Assembly: GCA_018260445.1 (NCBI GenBank) | Contig: JAGLBE010000010.1 | Span: 40,607-104,606 of the forward strand | Length of the DNA: 64,000 nt | Direction of reading: 5' to 3' | Origin: Psychrobacter sp. | GTDB taxonomy: Bacteria > Pseudomonadota > Gammaproteobacteria > Pseudomonadales > Moraxellaceae | Shown: positions 26,530 to 35,381 of the stretch, piece after piece | Layout of the letters: each line of letters starts with the position of its first letter | Numbering within the stretch: position 1 is the stretch's first letter | Notes under the pieces: generated by a model | The model's input: only the letters and a program-made list of their open reading frames with translations | Databases searched by the model: none | What the model was told of the DNA's origin: nothing | Program-made: the position numbers and the translations under genes

Positions 26530-27462
26530 ATGAACATGGCAACCCAAGATGGCAAACTTTGGCTTAATGGCGAGATGGTGAATCAGCCAGATGCTAAAAT
26601 CCACGTACTCACCCACAGCTTACATTATGGTATGGCGGTATTTGAAGGCGTACGGGCCTATGAGACCGATGACGGACGCACCGCTATTTTTAGGTTAGAT
26701 GACCATACCGATAGACTGCTCGGCTCGGCAAAGATTTTTCAAATGCAAGTGCCATATGATAAAGCCACATTGGACACTGCGCAAAAACAGGTAGTTCTCC
26801 AAAACAAGCTAAAATCGGCCTATATCCGCCCGCTTATTTGGGTGGGTGCCGAAAAACTGGGCATCTCCTCACGTGATAACAGCATTAATGCGATGGTGGC
26901 CGCTTGGACGTGGGGCGCCTATTTGGGCGAGGAGGGGATTCAAAACGGTATTCGCGTTAAAACCTCATCGTACACCCATCATATGACCAACGTGACCATG
27001 TGTAAAGCCAAGGCATCAAGCAACTATCCGGTGTCGATTATGGCCAACCAAGAGGTCACCCGTAATGGCTATGATGAGGCCATTTTGATGGATTCGCAGG
27101 GTTATGTGTGCCAAGGCGCCGGCGAGAACTTATTTTTAGTGAAAAACGGCGAGCTGCATACCCCTGATTTAGCAGGCGGCGCTTTAGATGGCATTACCCG
27201 CCGTACTATGATGCAGTTCTGCGAAGATTTGGGCATCAAAGTGACCGAGCGACGCATTACCCGTGATGAATTTTATTTAGCTGACGAGATATTTATGACC
27301 GGCACCGCCGCCGAAGTCACCCCGATTCGAGAATATGACGACCGTACGGTTGGTATGGGTAGCCGTGGCCCCATTACCGAAAAACTGCAAACCTTGTACT
27401 TTGATGTGATCCATGGCCGCAATGCGAAGTATAAGCATTGGTTGACTTATGTGGATGAATAG
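26530..27462 (+). CDS. ilvE: Branched-chain amino acid aminotransferase
   Basis: 310 aa. It has HSLHYGMAVFEGVRAY, the catalytic Lys region, and EIFMTGTAAEVTPI. Confidence 0.92.
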   Translation: MNMATQDGKLWLNGEMVNQPDAKIHVLTHSLHYGMAVFEGVRAYETDDGRTAIFRLDDHTDRLLGSAKIFQMQVPYDKATLDTAQKQVVLQNKLKSAYIRPLIWVGAEKLGISSRDNSINAMVAAWTWGAYLGEEGIQNGIRVKTSSYTHHMTNVTMCKAKASSNYPVSIMANQEVTRNGYDEAILMDSQGYVCQGAGENLFLVKNGELHTPDLAGGALDGITRRTMMQFCEDLGIKVTERRITRDEFYLADEIFMTGTAAEVTPIREYDDRTVGMGSRGPITEKLQTLYFDVIHGRNAKYKHWLTYVDE

Positions 27463-27518
27463 ACTGTTTTAGCGAACTCTTTATTTTTCTAAATATCTCT
27501 AATCAAACCAAACCAGAT

Positions 27519-27551
27519 AAAAAAAAGACCTGCACTAGCGCAGATCTTTTT
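27519..27551. terminator. Bidirectional rho-independent terminator (A-run, hairpin, T-run)
   Basis: The sequence aaaaaaaagacctgcactagcgcagatcttttt has an 8-bp stem with one mismatch. The U-run is longer when read on the minus strand. Confidence 0.6.
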
Positions 27552-27774
27552 AATGCCAAGGTCTATCCCCCACTCTCAACTTTTGGAGGTTTTATCACGG
27601 TAGCTAATCCCGCTTTGCGCTACTATCTTGGCTTGCACGGGGGCAGGCACTAATGGCAATAGTCGTTCCTGTTGCCTCGATAACGCCTCTTGCCAAGTGC
27701 CTGCAACCCCATGCTGTGCCAAGTATAGCCGCTGCAATCGGGGCTAAACCGCACCTTCGATGCAACCGTGACGT

Positions 27775-27795
27775 GTAGGGTGCGCCCTGCGCACC
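27775..27795 (+). repeat. REP hairpin
   Basis: gtagggtgcgccctgcgcacc. Confidence 0.85.
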
Positions 27796-27981
27796 AAAAC
27801 ACAAAAGAAATATCATATAAGTATCAAAACGAAATTATCTTATAATATGAAATCTTATAGTGTGGTTTAGCACAACATACCCCACAAAAATCAGATTATA
27901 TTTTAAATTTGTTCTGTTACTTAACTCTATTATCAGTAAATTGAGAATCGTATCTCTTCAATATAGTATCATTATTCTAAA

Positions 27982-28002
27982 GGTGCGCGGGGCGCACCCT
28001 AC
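27982..28002 (-). repeat. REP hairpin (inverted partner of 27775..27795, spacer about 186 bp)
   Basis: ggtgcgcggggcgcaccctac. Confidence 0.85.
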
Positions 28003-28016
28003 CTCTAAAATCTAAG

Positions 28017-28649
28017 CTATATAGAACTACCCGACGAACTATTTTCTATCCGCAAAGCCTTTTGATAGCTTGGCAACATCGCCAAACTTTGAGCATAGGC
28101 CTCAATATGCGGATAGTCTCCCAGCAGATTGCGCTGAGACATCATCATCACGTTAAAGGATAGCATAAAGTCAGCGCCAGATAAGCTATCGCCGACAATA
28201 AACGCTTTGCCCTTTAGCGCCTCATCAAGATAGCTAAGGAGTTTGCCTTTTTCTTGCGCAATGTACCCAGATAAAAAGGCGTTGTCACCCACCCCTGCTT
28301 TTTGGGTAAACAGCTCGAGCAATAATGGCAGCATCAACGAGCTTTCAGCAAAGTCAATCCACTGCAAATACTGTCCATACTCTACGCTATCAACGGATGG
28401 GCGCAAAGTATCGGCTGCAAAACGCTCAATCAGCAATTGGGTGATGGCTCCCGATTCGGCAACCATTTGACCATCAATATCAATGACGGGCGATTTGCCT
28501 AAGGGATGTACTTTTTTTAGGCTATCTGGCGCCAATTGGGTTTGCGGATTGCGCTGATAACTGACCAGCTCATAAGGTATGCTAAGTGCTTCTAATAGCC
28601 ATAAAATACGCAGTGAGCGAGATTGATGTAAATGATGTAACCGTATCAT
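28017..28649 (-). CDS. Glutathione S-transferase family protein
   Basis: 210 aa with an N-terminal thioredoxin-like fold (HPLGKSPVI) and a C-terminal helical GST domain. Confidence 0.8.
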   Translation of the reverse strand: MIRLHHLHQSRSLRILWLLEALSIPYELVSYQRNPQTQLAPDSLKKVHPLGKSPVIDIDGQMVAESGAITQLLIERFAADTLRPSVDSVEYGQYLQWIDFAESSLMLPLLLELFTQKAGVGDNAFLSGYIAQEKGKLLSYLDEALKGKAFIVGDSLSGADFMLSFNVMMMSQRNLLGDYPHIEAYAQSLAMLPSYQKALRIENSSSGSSI

Positions 28650-28786
28650 GATTTATCCTATTATTGGTCTGGTATTGTTGTATTTAGGGGGGTGGTTGAG
28701 GTTTGGTTGGTTTGCTAATTTTTCATCATTAGTCCTGTCTACAGTAGGGTAATAAAATATAGCACCGTTGCGTCATGCTTCTTGTT

Positions 28787-29887
28787 TTACTTTCTGGAGG
28801 ACGTCTCATAGGCATCCGCCACTTGCACCACCGTTTTACCAAAATTATTGCCCACCAACATATCCATAAAGCCCTGTGGCGCATTGCCTAGGCCATCAAT
28901 CATATGCTCTTTGGTCGTGATTTTACCCTCGGCCACCCATTGCCCCATGGTTTGCAAAAATTTAGGATAATGCTCGCCATAGGCTTCAAAAACAATAAAC
29001 CCTTTGACGGTGAGTTGTTGTCTTAAAATAAGCCCCATCAACTGACTTAAACGGTCGGGGCCATCTGGCAACTTGGTAGCATTATATTGTGACGCCAAAC
29101 CGCACACAGGAATGCGAGCATTGGTATTTAACAAGGGCATCACCGCATCAAACACTTTTCCGCCTACGTTTTCAAAATAAATATCAATACCGTTAGGGCA
29201 AGCGTCTTGTAACTGCTCGGCAAAGTCATCGGCACAGTGGTCGAGGCATTTATCAAAGCCTAATGTTTCAACCGCAAAGTGGCACTTTTCAGCGCCGCCT
29301 GCCACCCCAATCACGGTTAGGCCTTTAAGCTTACCGACTTGGCCAACCGTTGCACCCACAGGCCCCGTCGCCGCTGCCACAACCAAAGTTTCACCCGCTT
29401 TTGGCTTACCAATATCGGTTAAACCCATATAACCCGTAAAGCCGGGCATGCCCAAGACGCCAAGGCCATAAGAAGGATTTGGCATAGCATTGTCAAGCTT
29501 ATAAACGCCTTCACCGTCGCTGACACTGTAGTCCTGCCAGCCAGAATAAGACACGACCAAATCACCTTCTTGAAAACCGTCAAGATTAGAGCGGACCACT
29601 TGCGCCACGGTACCCCCTAACATCACATCGCCAATTTGCAGCGGCTCGGCGTAGCTTTTTTCATCACTCATCCGCCCACGCATATAAGGGTCGAGCGATA
29701 AATATAGTGTCCGTAGTAACATCTGCCGCTCATTGGGCGTTGGTATCTCACCAGTCGTTAACTCAAAATTAGCATGCGTCGGCTTACCATGCGGACGGCT
29801 TGCCAGTTTGATTTGACGGTTGATTTGGTCGGTTTGTGTCTTGTTAAAATTAGATGCGTGACCACTCATGGTTAACTCCTGTCTCAT
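28787..29887 (-). CDS. NADP-dependent alkenal/enone oxidoreductase (MDR family, YncB/CurA/PTGR-like)
   Basis: It has YLSLDPYMRGRM and AAATGPVGATVGQVGKLKG (nucleotide-binding) motifs. The start may be the internal ATG six codons downstream. Confidence 0.82.
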   Translation of the reverse strand: MRQELTMSGHASNFNKTQTDQINRQIKLASRPHGKPTHANFELTTGEIPTPNERQMLLRTLYLSLDPYMRGRMSDEKSYAEPLQIGDVMLGGTVAQVVRSNLDGFQEGDLVVSYSGWQDYSVSDGEGVYKLDNAMPNPSYGLGVLGMPGFTGYMGLTDIGKPKAGETLVVAAATGPVGATVGQVGKLKGLTVIGVAGGAEKCHFAVETLGFDKCLDHCADDFAEQLQDACPNGIDIYFENVGGKVFDAVMPLLNTNARIPVCGLASQYNATKLPDGPDRLSQLMGLILRQQLTVKGFIVFEAYGEHYPKFLQTMGQWVAEGKITTKEHMIDGLGNAPQGFMDMLVGNNFGKTVVQVADAYETSSRK

Positions 29888-30060
29888 TTGGATGGTTTTG
29901 GTATTATAGCCCCTAGTATCCTAAACTTATTTACAACAGTATGAGTTATCTTAGCGTAGCAAATTGCAAAAACATGTCACACGATAGGACATTAATGGCC
30001 TTAACTTGGCATCACCAAGTTCATATAAGCCAGTTACCATAAGTAAGTCGCACCAGGCCG

Positions 30061-30879
30061 CTAGATGAATCCTAAATGCTCCAAAACCATTTGAATGCCA
30101 TTTTGCTCAATAGTGCCGGTAACATAATCGGCATGTGCTATTAATGCTGGCTGGGCATCGCCCATTGCCACCGCATAACCGACCAAGTCAAACATCTCAA
30201 AATCGTTAAAGCCATCGCCAAAAGCCATAGTGTCGCCCACGTCAATATTAAAATACTGGCAGACATCCTTAATTGCTCGTGCTTTAGATGCCTCAATCGG
30301 CAACACATCGCCGCCAATGTGATGCCAGTGCACCAGTTTTAAGCCATATTTGGCAAAATCTACCTGTTGCATGGTATCCGTGGCGCTTTTAAAAACAACC
30401 GAGGCTTGATACACCGGATGCGATTTATAATAGTCGGGGTCGATAAGAGAAAAAGGGTTGATCTTACAAAAATCTTCGGTCAACTTGGTGTCTTTTGCCC
30501 ATGCTATATGGGTGGCAGAATCAAACTTATGCGCCAAACTGTTGGCTTGACACAAGGTATGGATGACCTCTGCTTGCTCGGCTGACAAGGGGTAGTGGCT
30601 AATGACGCCGTTTTTATTAAAACTGTATTGCCCATTGGTGCAAATAATGGCATCAAACACACCCGCTGCATAAAGGGCTAAAATATCAGGCGGCAACATC
30701 GCTTTTGAGCGTCCTGTGGCAATCACCAATTTAATATCGGTGCTCACCAATTGTTCAAGCATTAACTGATTGTTTTTGGCGAGAATGCCCTCACGGCTTA
30801 AGGTATCGTCAATGTCAAAAAAAATGATTTCTGGGATTATCTTGGGGATGCTATCTACACTAGGCGGTTTAGGGGTCAT
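30061..30879 (-). CDS. Cof-type HAD-IIB family hydrolase (sugar phosphatase-like)
   Basis: It has FFDIDDTL (motif I), TGR (motif II) and GDGFNDFEMF (motif IV). Confidence 0.82.
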   Translation of the reverse strand: MTPKPPSVDSIPKIIPEIIFFDIDDTLSREGILAKNNQLMLEQLVSTDIKLVIATGRSKAMLPPDILALYAAGVFDAIICTNGQYSFNKNGVISHYPLSAEQAEVIHTLCQANSLAHKFDSATHIAWAKDTKLTEDFCKINPFSLIDPDYYKSHPVYQASVVFKSATDTMQQVDFAKYGLKLVHWHHIGGDVLPIEASKARAIKDVCQYFNIDVGDTMAFGDGFNDFEMFDLVGYAVAMGDAQPALIAHADYVTGTIEQNGIQMVLEHLGFI

Positions 30880-31070
30880 AACGTATCCGTATTTTTGTCA
30901 AGGTATTATAAAGGTGAGCAACAGCCTATGAGAACGTAGCCTATAAGATTAAGGGCTGAGTCACTAAATTGAATTAGGCATGGGCGTTAAAAAGTCGAAC
31001 AAGGATAGTGCGGTGTTCATGGTACCATTAGATAAGACACAGTTGCCGTCAAAAAGTAAAAAAAGTCCAA

Positions 31071-31110
31071 GTCACTAAATCAGTCACTAAATCAGTAAGT
31101 CATTCAGTAA
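31071..31110. repeat. Tandem repeat, 12 bp x3 (gtcactaaatca, third copy degenerate)
   Basis: Read directly. Confidence 0.85.
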
Positions 31111-31151
31111 TTAAGACAACCGAGTCAATATTGACCATAGGGGGTTAAGAG

Positions 31152-31418
31152 GTGATGCAAACTAAAGCAGATAAAGACAATGAGCTAGAGGCCGATAAGA
31201 AAAAACGCATCGTGCAAACGTATTTGCAAAAGCTGATAAAAACCGACCCTAACCTTTATTATGCACCCACTGCCGTTATAAGCATTAAGGCAAATTTTGG
31301 CCATAAAAAAACCAGCTTATCGCTGCCATTCACTACTAACGCTAACGCTAGAGAAAGGGGCGATAAACTGGTTTTGAATTTTGATGATATTAGGGCGTGT
31401 GGAACATTCGCAAATTAG
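31152..31418 (+). CDS. Hypothetical small basic protein; the last 8 codons and the stop are supplied by the inserted TIR element
   Basis: Open frame of 88 aa with a GTG start. No family was recognised. Its 3' end runs into the left TIR at 31390. Confidence 0.3.
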   Translation: MMQTKADKDNELEADKKKRIVQTYLQKLIKTDPNLYYAPTAVISIKANFGHKKTSLSLPFTTNANARERGDKLVLNFDDIRACGTFAN

Positions 31419-31661
31419 CACTGCTGATTGCTAAAATTGTTCCAGACTAGGCGCAAACCGACGCTAATGTCTAGACCTTGGCTAGGTTTGTAACAACGTC
31501 TGGGGCGATTTTAGCATCAGCCCTGCGGGGCGGGACTCTTTTTTGCCAATATATTGCGAAATTTTCTAGCTTAGAATGACTAAGCGTCCAAAATTTCACT
31601 GCATATTGCCTAAAAAATAGTCTCCGCCAGTGCCATGGTCGAATGTTCCACATGCCCTAAT
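31390..31661. mobile_element. Roughly 272-bp non-autonomous element with 22-bp terminal inverted repeats, adjacent to tRNA-Ser
   Basis: Left end attagggcgtgtggaacattcg and right end cgaatgttccacatgccctaat have one mismatch. There is no ORF of transposase size inside. Confidence 0.6.
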
Positions 31662-31688
31662 TAACTAAAAAGGCTTAACTAAAATAAT

Positions 31689-31779
31689 TGGCGGAAGCGG
31701 TGAGATTCGAACTCACGGTGGGCTATGAACCCACGCCAGTTTTCAAGACTGGTGCATTCAACCGCTCTGCCACGCTTCC
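31689..31779 (-). tRNA. tRNA-Ser (anticodon UGA), encoded CCA
   Basis: The reverse complement ggaagcgtggcagagcggttgaatgcaccagtcttgaaaactggcgtgggttcatagcccaccgtgagttcgaatctcaccgcttccgcca has a cloverleaf with a long variable arm and anticodon loop cuUGAaa. Confidence 0.9.
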
Positions 31780-31897
31780 TGTAGGTGCAGTATTATACGC
31801 AATTTGAAATTTGATGCAAGGGGTATGGGCGATTTAATTTGAAGTATTTGAAGCAGAGGCTATGATTGACATCGTCTAATAAGCCTAGGTCATTGAT

Positions 31898-32230
31898 TTA
31901 TTGATTCTGCAACTGCTCTTGCAACAAATCGTGGTTGGGGCAAGCGCTGTGCGTATCGATAATTGCCGATTCGATAATCGCCTCGCTAACCCCTTTGGCG
32001 CGCAGGTTGTCGATAAACACCTCGTCATCGGCTAGCGTGTAGCCGTCATGGTCTCTATCCAAGCCTTGACGAATATACAAGCGTATTAACCCTTGAATAC
32101 GTTTGAAATCATGCCTGTCGGCCATCTCATCCAACATCACAATCATCTCTTCAGACAATTTGATGCTAACAGGACGCATAATTTTTTGCGGATGGTCGGA
32201 AAATTTGTTGCGGATATGAGGAGGTATCAT
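31898..32230 (-). CDS. Ribbon-helix-helix (CopG/Arc-like) domain protein, orphan
   Basis: MRPVSIKLSEEMIVMLDEMA fits a beta-strand-helix RHH N-terminus. No partner toxin gene is adjacent. Confidence 0.45.
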   Translation of the reverse strand: MIPPHIRNKFSDHPQKIMRPVSIKLSEEMIVMLDEMADRHDFKRIQGLIRLYIRQGLDRDHDGYTLADDEVFIDNLRAKGVSEAIIESAIIDTHSACPNHDLLQEQLQNQ

Positions 32231-32408
32231 AGCGTTGCCATCTTAGAGTAGTCGTCTTACACAAATAAAATAAAGGTGCCGCCATTATAGGGCAATTAGC
32301 GCCTAGATTAAACCCGTAACCCGATACTGGCTATAAAGCCCCTGATGGTAAGACCCCGACAATAAGCAGCGCTTATTTAAGGACCCCAAAAACAGGCACT
32401 ACGTACAT

Positions 32409-32438
32409 AAAAAAAGCCACAATCCTAAAGATTATGGC
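32409..32438 (-). terminator. Rho-independent terminator downstream of tRNA-Asn
   Basis: On the minus strand, gccataatc-tttag-gattgtggc is followed by ttttttt. Confidence 0.55.
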
Positions 32439-32527
32439 CTTAATGTTTATGGCTTAACAGCGCATAAAAAAAGATGTCAGCTGCTTTGATGACGCACATG
32501 TCACACAGGCCTAAGTCTCTTGAAATA

Positions 32528-32603
32528 TGGCTCCCTAACCTGGGCTCGAACCAGGGACACAAGGATTAACAGTCCTTTGCTCTACCAACTGAGCTATTAG
32601 GGA
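32528..32603 (-). tRNA. tRNA-Asn (anticodon GUU), encoded CCA
   Basis: The reverse complement tccctaatagctcagttggtagagcaaaggactgttaatccttgtgtccctggttcgagcccaggttagggagcca has a 7-bp acceptor stem, anticodon loop cuGUUaa and a T-loop ggttcgagc. Confidence 0.92.
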
Positions 32604-32774
32604 ATACTTGGTATAACACCACAGCGTGACACTGTTTGCGTTAAGTGGGGCGTATTCTAGCAGATAAGGATTATCCGTCAAGCCTTTTTTTAAAATTTGC
32701 TAAAAATAGTGCAAAAAAGCCGCCATTGTAACGACTTTTTTGGTTTAGGGTGGTGAGTATCTGATAATCTCTGG

Positions 32775-32808
32775 TCATGCGTCCATGCGTCCATGCGTCC
32801 ATGCGTCA
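32775..32808. repeat. Tandem repeat, 8 bp x4 (tccatgcg)
   Basis: Read directly, just downstream of the aminotransferase stop. Confidence 0.95.
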
Positions 32809-32830
32809 GTTTAGTTAACTAGACTGGCCA

Positions 32831-34033
32831 TTAAACCGGTACGTCAAGCGTAGCCACCGCTTTTTCAATGCGGGTTAATGCCTCTTGCAGCGTTGCCATA
32901 TCAGTGGCGTAAGAGATGCGCATATAGCCGCCTAAACCAAAGGCATCGCCCGGCACTACGGCAACGCCAACTTCTTCAAGCAGCCACGCGCTAAACTCGG
33001 TGCAAGAGCTTAAGCCAGCCGCTTGAATCAAAGGCTTAATGTCTGGGTACACATAAAAGGCGCCATCAGGACGCAGGCAGGTGATGCCTTTAATATTGTT
33101 TAATCGCTCTACCACGAAATCGCAGCGCGCTTCAAAGGCGGTAATCATCGGCTCAAGCACGCTTTGATCGCCACTAATAGCCACTTCGGCAGCTCGTTGA
33201 CTAATAGAGGTCGGGCACGAGGTAGACTGCGATTGAATCTTTTTCATCGCCCCAATCAGCTTGGCAGGGCCACCGGCGTAACCAATGCGCCAACCGGTCA
33301 TCGCATACGCTTTTGACACGCCATTTAAAATAATCGCCCGCTCTTTTAACTCAGGCGCTGCATTTAAAATGTTGTAAAATTTGTCACCCGTCCAGCGAAT
33401 ATGCTCGTACATATCATCAGACGCTATATAAACTTGCGGATATTTTTTCAGCACTGCTGCCAAGGCTTTTAGCTCATCTAGGCTATAAATCATGCCCGTA
33501 GGGTTTGATGGGCTGTTGAGCACCAATAGCTTAGTCTTATCAGTAATTGCCGCTTCTAGCTGCTGCGGGGTAATTTTAAAGTCTTGTTCGGCAGGGCAGG
33601 CAATGATGACAGGCACGCCATCCGCCAGTTTCACCATGTCGGGGTAGCTGACCCAATACGGCGCAGGAATAATCACCTCATCGCCTTTATCGATAAACGC
33701 TTGCGCCAGATTAAAAAAGGACTGTTTGCCCCCAACCGATACTAAGATTTCATTGTTTGCAAACTCAATATCGTTATCGCGTTTAAACTTATCAATAATG
33801 GCCTTTTTTAGCTCAGGGGTGCCATCAACTGCGGTGTATTTGGTGAAGCCATTATTAATCGCCTCAATAGCGGCTTGTTTGATATAATCGGGCGTATCAA
33901 AATCAGGCTCGCCAGCGCCCAAACCGATAATATCTTTACCGGCTGCTTTAAGCTCTTTGGCTTTTGTGGTAATGGCAAGGGTAGGAGAGGGTTGAATGTT
34001 GTTAACGCGCGCTGAGAGGGTCAAGTCGCTCAT
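32831..34033 (-). CDS. Class I PLP-dependent aminotransferase (aspartate aminotransferase type)
   Basis: 400 aa. It has GAGEPDFDTP, NSPSNPTG and the SKAYAMTGWRIGY PLP-lysine motif. Confidence 0.9.
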   Translation of the reverse strand: MSDLTLSARVNNIQPSPTLAITTKAKELKAAGKDIIGLGAGEPDFDTPDYIKQAAIEAINNGFTKYTAVDGTPELKKAIIDKFKRDNDIEFANNEILVSVGGKQSFFNLAQAFIDKGDEVIIPAPYWVSYPDMVKLADGVPVIIACPAEQDFKITPQQLEAAITDKTKLLVLNSPSNPTGMIYSLDELKALAAVLKKYPQVYIASDDMYEHIRWTGDKFYNILNAAPELKERAIILNGVSKAYAMTGWRIGYAGGPAKLIGAMKKIQSQSTSCPTSISQRAAEVAISGDQSVLEPMITAFEARCDFVVERLNNIKGITCLRPDGAFYVYPDIKPLIQAAGLSSCTEFSAWLLEEVGVAVVPGDAFGLGGYMRISYATDMATLQEALTRIEKAVATLDVPV

Positions 34034-34430
34034 AGGATATCCTTTGTAATAAAACGAGTATAATATAGCTGGTAAAATGGCCTACAATACAATAGGGCTG
34101 CGAGAGGGTTGGCTGGGTTGATAGCTAAAAGCTAACAGACAGTTAACAGACAGCTGACCAACAGAAAAACAGCCATAAACGCCCCTTTTAACCGACGCTG
34201 TTATAGGTAGGGTTGATTATACACTACCGCATCTTTTGGTGCAGATAAAGCTTTTGGCACCTAGTCAACTTAGTGGTGCTAGCGGCGAATGGGTGGGCAC
34301 TGCTGTGCTTGTTGCTATTTAGACTTAAATTACCGTAAAATGAACAATTGCCGCATGGTTATGATGGATGCCACGCCTATCTAAATACACGCTCTTAATA
34401 CACGCCTATCTTAATAATGGATGCCAAATA

Positions 34431-35030
34431 ATGTCCCAAGCTAATCTGTTAGCAACGTCTTCAAAAGCCCCTGTTAAGCATGAACTGTATATGTCGATAT
34501 TAATGACACCCGATATGGCCAATTTTATTGGTAATGTCCACGGTGGCGACCTGCTAAAAATGCTGGATCAAGTGGCGTATGCCTGTGCCAGTCGTTTTAG
34601 TGGCAACTATGTGGTGACGTTATCCGTCGATCAAGTCATGTTTTTAGAGCCTGTTTATGTGGGCGAGTTGGTGACCTTTGCTGCCAATATTAATTATGTG
34701 GGCACTACCTCTATGGAGGTGGGGATACGGGTAGAGGCCGAAAATATTCAGGAACGTACGGTACGCCATACCAACAGCTGCTATTTTACCATGGTGGCAG
34801 TCGATGACAATGGCAAACCGACCCCAGTGCCCAAGCTCATCATCAGAAACGCGCAGCAGCAGTGCCGGTTTGATGCGGCTCAAGTCCGTAAAAACAGACG
34901 TCAAGAAGCGTTGCAGCGTCCTAGTTGCGATTTGATAGATTCTGATGACAAACAGGCTGATGCTATTCATACCGAAGCCTTGCAAGAGGGGCAAGTCAAA
35001 GGCTCAAAACCTAGCGATGAGTTGTTGTAG
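34431..35030 (+). CDS. Acyl-CoA thioesterase (hotdog fold, YciA-like)
   Basis: It has NVHGGDLLKMLDQVAYACA and SMEVGIRVEAE motifs. The start was moved to the ATG at 34431, since the upstream extension has no homology features. Confidence 0.8.
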   Translation: MSQANLLATSSKAPVKHELYMSILMTPDMANFIGNVHGGDLLKMLDQVAYACASRFSGNYVVTLSVDQVMFLEPVYVGELVTFAANINYVGTTSMEVGIRVEAENIQERTVRHTNSCYFTMVAVDDNGKPTPVPKLIIRNAQQQCRFDAAQVRKNRRQEALQRPSCDLIDSDDKQADAIHTEALQEGQVKGSKPSDELL

Positions 35031-35381
35031 CGATGGGGTGTTGTTGGTGAAGGTTTGTTGGTATAGCTAGGTTAGGCAGGACTAGATAGATAAAAACAAG
35101 AAAAAGAGAAAAAAAGATAAATAGAAAAAAAGAGAAAAAAATTGAAAAAAGAGAAACAGACGCTAGGTCATGCTGATGTTGATTTAGCCTGACCTAGCAT
35201 AAGCTTGTTGCTGGCGCTGTCGTTAAGGCCGCTTAACAGCGTGTAATGGCTAGTTAATATTAATAAATACTTAACAACGGTTAATAGCTGTTAATAACTC
35301 AGTTAGTGACAAGCTTAAAATGTCAGCCAGCTAGGTCGGCTTGCACGTCAGTTACCTTACTAAAACCAACAATTACCTAGC

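Noticed and set aside
27640-27725. Riboswitch or known housekeeping RNA (GEMM-I, 6S, SRP, RNase P, tmRNA) assignment for the structured segment
   Set aside because: By-eye comparison found no conserved core motifs (no GGAAAGTCCGG, no SRP GGAA tetraloop context, no tmRNA tag, and only a chance CGCAAAGC resemblance to GEMM). There is no downstream gene in the right orientation for a riboswitch.
27604-27816. 70-aa minus-strand ORF, and a plus-strand Cys-rich 39-aa frame (MACTGAGTNGNSRSCCLDNASCQVPATPCCAKYSRCNRG) that I briefly considered as a peptide gene
   Set aside because: Both arise from GC-rich inverted repeats (gcaggcact/agtgcctgc give the Cys and Ala codons). Neither has an RBS. The Cys-rich frame needs a TTG start with no Shine-Dalgarno sequence. 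The region is treated as structured non-coding.
31471-31653. 60-aa ORF inside the TIR-bounded element as a possible transposase
   Set aside because: It is far too short for any known transposase and is rich in W/R/F from AT-rich sequence. The element is treated as non-autonomous.
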